Shown here: piece after piece, positions 27,434-32,000 of the stretch | How positions within the stretch are numbered: the first letter of the stretch is position 1 | Layout of the letters: the number at the start of each line of letters is the position of its first letter | NCBI GenBank assembly: GCA_900234795.1 | Contig: LT962688.1 | Location: 3,960,001-3,992,000, forward strand | Source: Methylorubrum extorquens | Lineage (GTDB): Bacteria; Pseudomonadota; Alphaproteobacteria; Rhizobiales; Beijerinckiaceae | Length of the DNA stretch: 32,000 nucleotides | Direction: 5' to 3' | Translations under genes and position numbers: made by a program | The notes under the pieces: generated by a model | Database searches by the model: none | What the model saw: the letters and a program-made list of their open reading frames with translations, nothing else | What the model was told of the DNA's origin: nothing

Positions 27434-28405
27434 ATGCGGCAGGCGGATCTTCCGATCGTCGACATCGCCCCGTTCATCCACGGCGACGCCGCCGCGCGGG
27501 CGGGTGTCGGGCGCGCCTTCGGACATGCGTTCGAGACGACGGGTTTCGCCGTCGTCGTCGGCCACGGCATCCCCGAACGTCTGGCGAGCGACGTCTACGA
27601 CACGATGAAGCGCTACTTCGCGCAGCCGCTCGCGGTGAAGAGCCGCGACGCCGCGCCGGAAAAGACCAAGGGCCGCGGCTACCTGCCGGTCGGCATCGAG
27701 AGCGTCGCCCGGACGCTTCAGGGCGAGACGCCGCCCGACCTGTGCGAGGCGCTGGTCTTCAACGCGCCTCATCGCGAGGGGCCCTCGGCGCGCCCCAACA
27801 TCTGGCCCGCCGAACCGCCGGAACTGCGCGGCCTCGTCGAGGCGTGGCGCGACGCGATCCTGCGGCTCACCGGGCAGCTCACCGAAGTGTCGGCGCTCGC
27901 GCTCGACCTGCCGCAAGACTACTTCGCGCCCTGGTTCGCCGATCCGGCGCTGACGCTGCGCTTCGTTCACTATCCAGACCAGGCCGAGCCGCCGATGCCG
28001 GGGCAACTCCGCTACGGCGCCCACCACGATTACGGCGGCCTGACGATCCTGCGGCAGGACACGGCGCCGGGCGGGCTCCAGCTCGCCGACCGCGACGGCA
28101 ACTGGTTCGAGGCCGGGGTGGTGCCGGATTCCTTCGTCATCAATGTCGGTGACCTTCTGGCCCGCTGGACCAACGAGCGCTGGCGCTCGACCCTGCATCG
28201 GGTGTCGAACCCCGACCGTGCGCTGACCGGCTCCTCCGCCCGCCTGTCGATGGTCGCCTTCACCGCGCCGAACGAACAGTCTGAAGTCGCCTGCCTGCCG
28301 AGTTGCTGTGATGCGGCCAACCCGCCGCGCTACGAGCCGGTCAAGGCCGGCGCCTACATCCTGTCGAAGCTCCAGGCTTCGATGGATCTGACGGCCCGGG
28401 CCTGA
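27434..28405 (+). CDS. 2-oxoglutarate/Fe(II)-dependent oxygenase (isopenicillin-N-synthase-like family)
   Basis: The N-terminal DIOX_N-like region is LPIVDIAPF...GFAVVVGHGIP. The facial triad is in GAHHDYGGLTIL and WRSTLHRV, followed by RLSMVAF. Length 323 aa. Confidence 0.85.
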   Translation: MRQADLPIVDIAPFIHGDAAARAGVGRAFGHAFETTGFAVVVGHGIPERLASDVYDTMKRYFAQPLAVKSRDAAPEKTKGRGYLPVGIESVARTLQGETPPDLCEALVFNAPHREGPSARPNIWPAEPPELRGLVEAWRDAILRLTGQLTEVSALALDLPQDYFAPWFADPALTLRFVHYPDQAEPPMPGQLRYGAHHDYGGLTILRQDTAPGGLQLADRDGNWFEAGVVPDSFVINVGDLLARWTNERWRSTLHRVSNPDRALTGSSARLSMVAFTAPNEQSEVACLPSCCDAANPPRYEPVKAGAYILSKLQASMDLTARA

Positions 28406-28406
28406 C

Positions 28407-29795
28407 ATGACGGGCCGGCCCTCCCCCGACGCCCTCGCGGCGCTCAAGGCCGATCTCTCCGGCCGCGTCGCCCTGGTCGAGGAGCCGACGCGGGTGCGCA
28501 AGCGCTCGCGCGACTTCTTCTGGTACTCCCCCGTCCTCGACGCCGAACTGAAAGGCCTGTCCGGCGACCTCGTTGCCGAGCCCGCCAGCGAGGCCGAGGT
28601 GATCGCGGTCGCCGCCTCCTGCGCCCGGCACGGCGTGCCACTCACCGTGCGCGGCGGCGGCACCGGCAATTACGGGCAGGCGGTGCCGCTGCACGGCGGC
28701 GTGGTGCTCGACGTCTCCGGCCTCGACCGGGTCGAGTGGCAGTGCGACGGCGCGGTGCGCACCGGCCCCGGCCTCCGCATGAACCGCCTCGACGGCCTCC
28801 TCGCGGAAGGCGGCGAGGAGATCCGGATGCATCCCTCGACCAAGCGCACGGCGAGCATCGGCGGCTTCATCGCCGGCGGCTCGGGCGGGATCGGCTCGGT
28901 GAATTACGGCCAGTTGCGCGAGCGCGGCAACATCCGCGCCGCCCGCGTGGTGACGCTGGAGCCGGAGCCGCGGGTGCTGGAACTGACCGGCGACGCGGTC
29001 AACGGCGTGGCGCATGCCTACGGCACCACCGGCATCGTCACGGCGTTGGAGATGCCGCTCGCGCCGGTCCATCCCTGGATCGACGTCATCGTCGCCTTCG
29101 ACGACTTCCTGACGGCCGCCGAGGTCGGGCTGGCGGTCGGACGCGACCCCACGATCACCAAGAAGCTCGTCACGCCGATCGCCTGGCCGCTGCCGCAATG
29201 GTTCACGCCGCTGCGGGCGCAGTGCCCGCCGGGGCAGGCGATCCTGATCGCGATGGTGTCGGAGGCGAGCCTGCCCGCCTTCCGGGCGACGGTGGCGCGG
29301 GAGGGCGGCACGATCACCCTGGAGACGCCGCTCGACGATTCACCGGGCCACACGCCACTCTACGAGTACAGCTGGAACCACACCACGCTGCAGGTGCTCA
29401 AGACCGACCGGAGCTGGACCTACCTCCAGAGCCTCCACCCCGCCGACGGGCTGATGGAGAGCGTCACCGAGATGGCGGCGCTGTTTCCCGACGAGATCGT
29501 GCCGCATCTCGAACTCATCGAGTTCGCCGGCCGGCTCACCTATGCCGGCATCCCGCTCCTGAAGTTCACCGACGCGGAGAGGCTGAACCACATCATCGCG
29601 GCGCATGAGGCGCGCGGCGTCTGGATCGCCAACCCGCATGTCTACACGCTGGAGGACGGCACCCGGCACAAGCGGGCGGAAACCGACCAGCTGGGCTTCA
29701 AGCGGCTCACCGACCCGATGGGCCTGATGAACCCGGGCAAGATGCGGAGCTTCACGCCCGCTGGCGCTGCGACCGGGGCGGTTTGTTTCACGTGA
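28407..29795 (+). CDS. FAD-linked oxidase (PCMH-type FAD-binding domain)
   Basis: EAEVIAVAASCARHGVPLTVRGGGTGNYGQAVPLHGGVVLDVSGLDRV is typical of the FAD_binding_4 domain. Length 462 aa. Confidence 0.8.
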   Translation: MTGRPSPDALAALKADLSGRVALVEEPTRVRKRSRDFFWYSPVLDAELKGLSGDLVAEPASEAEVIAVAASCARHGVPLTVRGGGTGNYGQAVPLHGGVVLDVSGLDRVEWQCDGAVRTGPGLRMNRLDGLLAEGGEEIRMHPSTKRTASIGGFIAGGSGGIGSVNYGQLRERGNIRAARVVTLEPEPRVLELTGDAVNGVAHAYGTTGIVTALEMPLAPVHPWIDVIVAFDDFLTAAEVGLAVGRDPTITKKLVTPIAWPLPQWFTPLRAQCPPGQAILIAMVSEASLPAFRATVAREGGTITLETPLDDSPGHTPLYEYSWNHTTLQVLKTDRSWTYLQSLHPADGLMESVTEMAALFPDEIVPHLELIEFAGRLTYAGIPLLKFTDAERLNHIIAAHEARGVWIANPHVYTLEDGTRHKRAETDQLGFKRLTDPMGLMNPGKMRSFTPAGAATGAVCFT

Positions 29796-30379
29796 AACGC
29801 ATTCTTTACCTTTACTGCCACCCGCTGCCGGAGAGCTTTCACGGGGCGATCCGCACGGCCGCCCTCGACGGGTTGGCGCGGGCCGGGCACGCGGTCGATC
29901 TGCTCGACCTCTACGCCGAGGGCTTCGATCCGGTCCTGACCGCGGAGGGGCGGCGCCACTACCACGACGTGACGCGGAACCAGCAGGGGCTGGAGGACTA
30001 CGTCGCGCGCCTGCGGGCGGCGCAGGTACTCGTGGTGCAGTTTCCGACCTGGTGCTTCGGCCCGCCGGCCATGCTCAAGGGCTTCATCGACCGGCTGATG
30101 ATGCCGGGCGTCGCCTTTGACCTCTCCGATCCGCGGCATGTCCGGCCGACCCTCGACTCGCTGGAGCGGATCGTCGGCGTCGTCACCTACGGCCGCCCGC
30201 GCTGGATGGCGTTGGCGATGCAGGACCCACCCCGCCGGATGGTGACGCGCTACCTCCGCTGGTTCGCCGCCCGCCGGGCCCGCGCCGAGTACCTCGCGCT
30301 CTACCACCTGAACGTCGCGTCCGATGACCGCCGCCGCGCCTTCATCGAGCGCGTGCGGACGCGGATGGAGCGGCTTTGA
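29792..30379 (+). CDS. Flavodoxin-like-fold NAD(P)H oxidoreductase (NQO/MdaB-like)
   Basis: GTG 29792 overlaps the upstream stop (GTGA). (M)KRILYLYCHPLPESFHGAI...LLDLYAEGFDPVL...VVQFPTWCFGPPAMLKGFIDR matches the Flavodoxin_2 family signature. Confidence 0.75.
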   Translation: MKRILYLYCHPLPESFHGAIRTAALDGLARAGHAVDLLDLYAEGFDPVLTAEGRRHYHDVTRNQQGLEDYVARLRAAQVLVVQFPTWCFGPPAMLKGFIDRLMMPGVAFDLSDPRHVRPTLDSLERIVGVVTYGRPRWMALAMQDPPRRMVTRYLRWFAARRARAEYLALYHLNVASDDRRRAFIERVRTRMERL

Positions 30380-30418
30380 GGCCAACGATCACCCGCATCC
30401 CCTGACCGGAGTCCCGCC

Positions 30419-31978
30419 ATGCTGATGCATCGTCTCCTCACGCTCGGCGCCGAGCGCCATCCCGACCGGCCTGCCTTCCACTGGGTCGATCGCGACCGGG
30501 GCCTGACCTATGCCGGCGCGGTCGATGCCATGGAGCGGATGGCGGGCGCCCTGCACGATGCGGGCGTGGGCAAGGGCGATCGGGTCACGATCTTCGCCCA
30601 TAACGGGCTCGACTACATCGTGGCGATGTTGGGCGCCTGGCGAATCGGCGCCATCGCCGCCCTGGTGAACGTGAAGTTCGCCGACGAACTCACCGACTAC
30701 TTCGCCGACCACACGCCGAGCGCGGTGGTCTACACCCACGACATGGAGGGGCAGGTCGCCGCGGCCTGCGCCGCCCTCGGCACGGTCCGCGCCCGCCTGT
30801 GCATGGACGGCGCGCAGGACGGCGCCCTCTCCCTGCCGGAGATGCTGGTGGCCGGCCTGCCGGCGCCGCCCGATCCCGGCGACGAGACCGCCATCGCCCA
30901 CCTCTCCTACACCTCGGGCACGACGGGTAAGCCGAAGGGCGCCTGCCTGCGCCATGAGCCGACCGTGCGAGCCTCCCGCTGCATCGGCGAGCGTCTGCGG
31001 CTGCGGCCGGGCGACGTCTCGTTCGGGCCCTCGGCACTCTCCAGCTCCTACCAGCTCGTTGCCAACCTGCTGCCGCCGCTCGCCGTCGGGGCCGCGATCA
31101 ACGTGATGCGCTTCTGGACGCGGGAGGGCGGCTACGACGCGCTCACCGCCCGTGGGGCGACCAGCCTCGTTGCCAACCCGCCGATCCTCGACGACGTGCT
31201 GCAGGAGGCCCGCCGACGCGGCGGCCCCCCGCCATCGCTGCGCCTCGGCATCTCCGGCGGCGGGCCGGTGCCGCCGACGCTCAAGGCGGCGTGGCGCGAC
31301 GAACTCGGCCTGCCGCTGGTGGAGAGCTACGGCCAGAGTGAACTCGGCGGCTTCGTCGGCCTCGGCTACCCGGAACTGGAGCCGGACGATGCCAAACTCG
31401 GGCGGGTCGGGCCGCCGCTGCCCGACAAGGAGGTCTTCATCCTCGGGCCCGACGACCGGGTGCTGCCGCCGGGCGAGATCGGCGAGATCGCGCTCACCGG
31501 CGGCTTCATGGCCGGCTACTGGGGCAAGCCGGACAAGACGGAAGCCGCGACCCGCGGCGGCTACCTGCGCACCGGCGATCTCGGGCTCCTCGATGCCGAG
31601 GGCTGCGTCACGCTGCGCAGCCGCCGGGCGGAACTCGTCGAGGTGGCCGGGCGCCTGTGGTATCCGCGCGACGTCGAGGAGGCGCTCGCAGCGCAGCCCG
31701 GCGTGGCGCAGGCGGCCCTGGTCGGTGTCGGCGACCCGGCGCTCGGCCAACGGCCGGTGGCCTTCGCCCAGGCCCAGCCCGGCGCCGCGCTCGATGCTGC
31801 GGCGTTGAAAGCCGCGATCACCGGCCGGGTCGCCTACGACCTCGACCCGCTCGTCCTCGTCGTCGTGCCCGAGATGCCGATGACCCCGACCGGCAAGATC
31901 GCCAAAGCCGATCTCGCCCGCTCCGACCTCGCGCGGAGGGCGGCCGAGAGCGCCGCCAAGAATGCGCAGGCAGCGTGA
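30419..31978 (+). CDS. AMP-forming acyl-CoA synthetase/ligase (ANL superfamily)
   Basis: RBS ggag lies upstream. The AMP-binding core motif is LSYTSGTTGKPKGA. Later motifs are ESYGQSE, YLRTGDLG and PMTPTGKIAK. Length 519 aa. Confidence 0.85.
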   Translation: MLMHRLLTLGAERHPDRPAFHWVDRDRGLTYAGAVDAMERMAGALHDAGVGKGDRVTIFAHNGLDYIVAMLGAWRIGAIAALVNVKFADELTDYFADHTPSAVVYTHDMEGQVAAACAALGTVRARLCMDGAQDGALSLPEMLVAGLPAPPDPGDETAIAHLSYTSGTTGKPKGACLRHEPTVRASRCIGERLRLRPGDVSFGPSALSSSYQLVANLLPPLAVGAAINVMRFWTREGGYDALTARGATSLVANPPILDDVLQEARRRGGPPPSLRLGISGGGPVPPTLKAAWRDELGLPLVESYGQSELGGFVGLGYPELEPDDAKLGRVGPPLPDKEVFILGPDDRVLPPGEIGEIALTGGFMAGYWGKPDKTEAATRGGYLRTGDLGLLDAEGCVTLRSRRAELVEVAGRLWYPRDVEEALAAQPGVAQAALVGVGDPALGQRPVAFAQAQPGAALDAAALKAAITGRVAYDLDPLVLVVVPEMPMTPTGKIAKADLARSDLARRAAESAAKNAQAA

Positions 31979-32000
31979 TGCGCCCCGCCTCGCGCTGGTG

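Noticed and set aside
31978-32000. Possible start of a further gene (ATG 31978 overlapping the ligase stop; MRPASRW...)
   Set aside because: Only 7 codons are visible before the window ends, so it cannot be supported.

Overview
High-GC (about 70%) chromosomal segment with alphaproteobacterial, Methylobacterium-like gene content; the taxon is an inference. Almost the whole window is a nucleobase-catabolism island made of tightly packed, often translationally coupled operons (ATGA/GTGA stop-start overlaps at 3445, 6055, 10569, 13596, 16373, 23573, 24520, 26454, 29792). Left to right: (1) Purine/ureide module: the 3' end of an OHCU decarboxylase, a LysR regulator, the membrane cytochrome-c urate hydroxylase PuuD, ureidoglycine aminohydrolase and ureidoglycolate lyase. 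(2) A Rut pyrimidine-degradation locus, rutR-rutABCD-rutF. It has two RutR-type operators upstream of rutA and no rutE or rutG. It is followed directly by a 4-gene NitT/TauT-type ABC importer with an NMT1/THI5-like binding protein. (3) A two-gene xanthine-dehydrogenase-family enzyme (FAD subunit plus fused 2Fe-2S/molybdopterin subunit) coupled to guanine deaminase. (4) A LysR gene and two tandem paralogous small secreted proteins, each with its own terminator. (5) A cytosine-deaminase-like amidohydrolase plus LysR. These are transcribed divergently from an uncharacterised operon: binding protein, ATPase, permease, Rieske oxygenase, second binding protein, 2OG-Fe(II) oxygenase, FAD-linked oxidase, flavodoxin-like NAD(P)H oxidoreductase and AMP-forming ligase. 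This operon is the best candidate for an undescribed catabolic system. As written, four genes (rutF, the FAD subunit and two binding proteins) are disrupted or altered by single-base length changes in G or C homopolymers. This pattern looks more like homopolymer sequencing or assembly error than biology, but it needs read-level checking. No tRNA, rRNA, CRISPR array, IS element or phage genes were seen.
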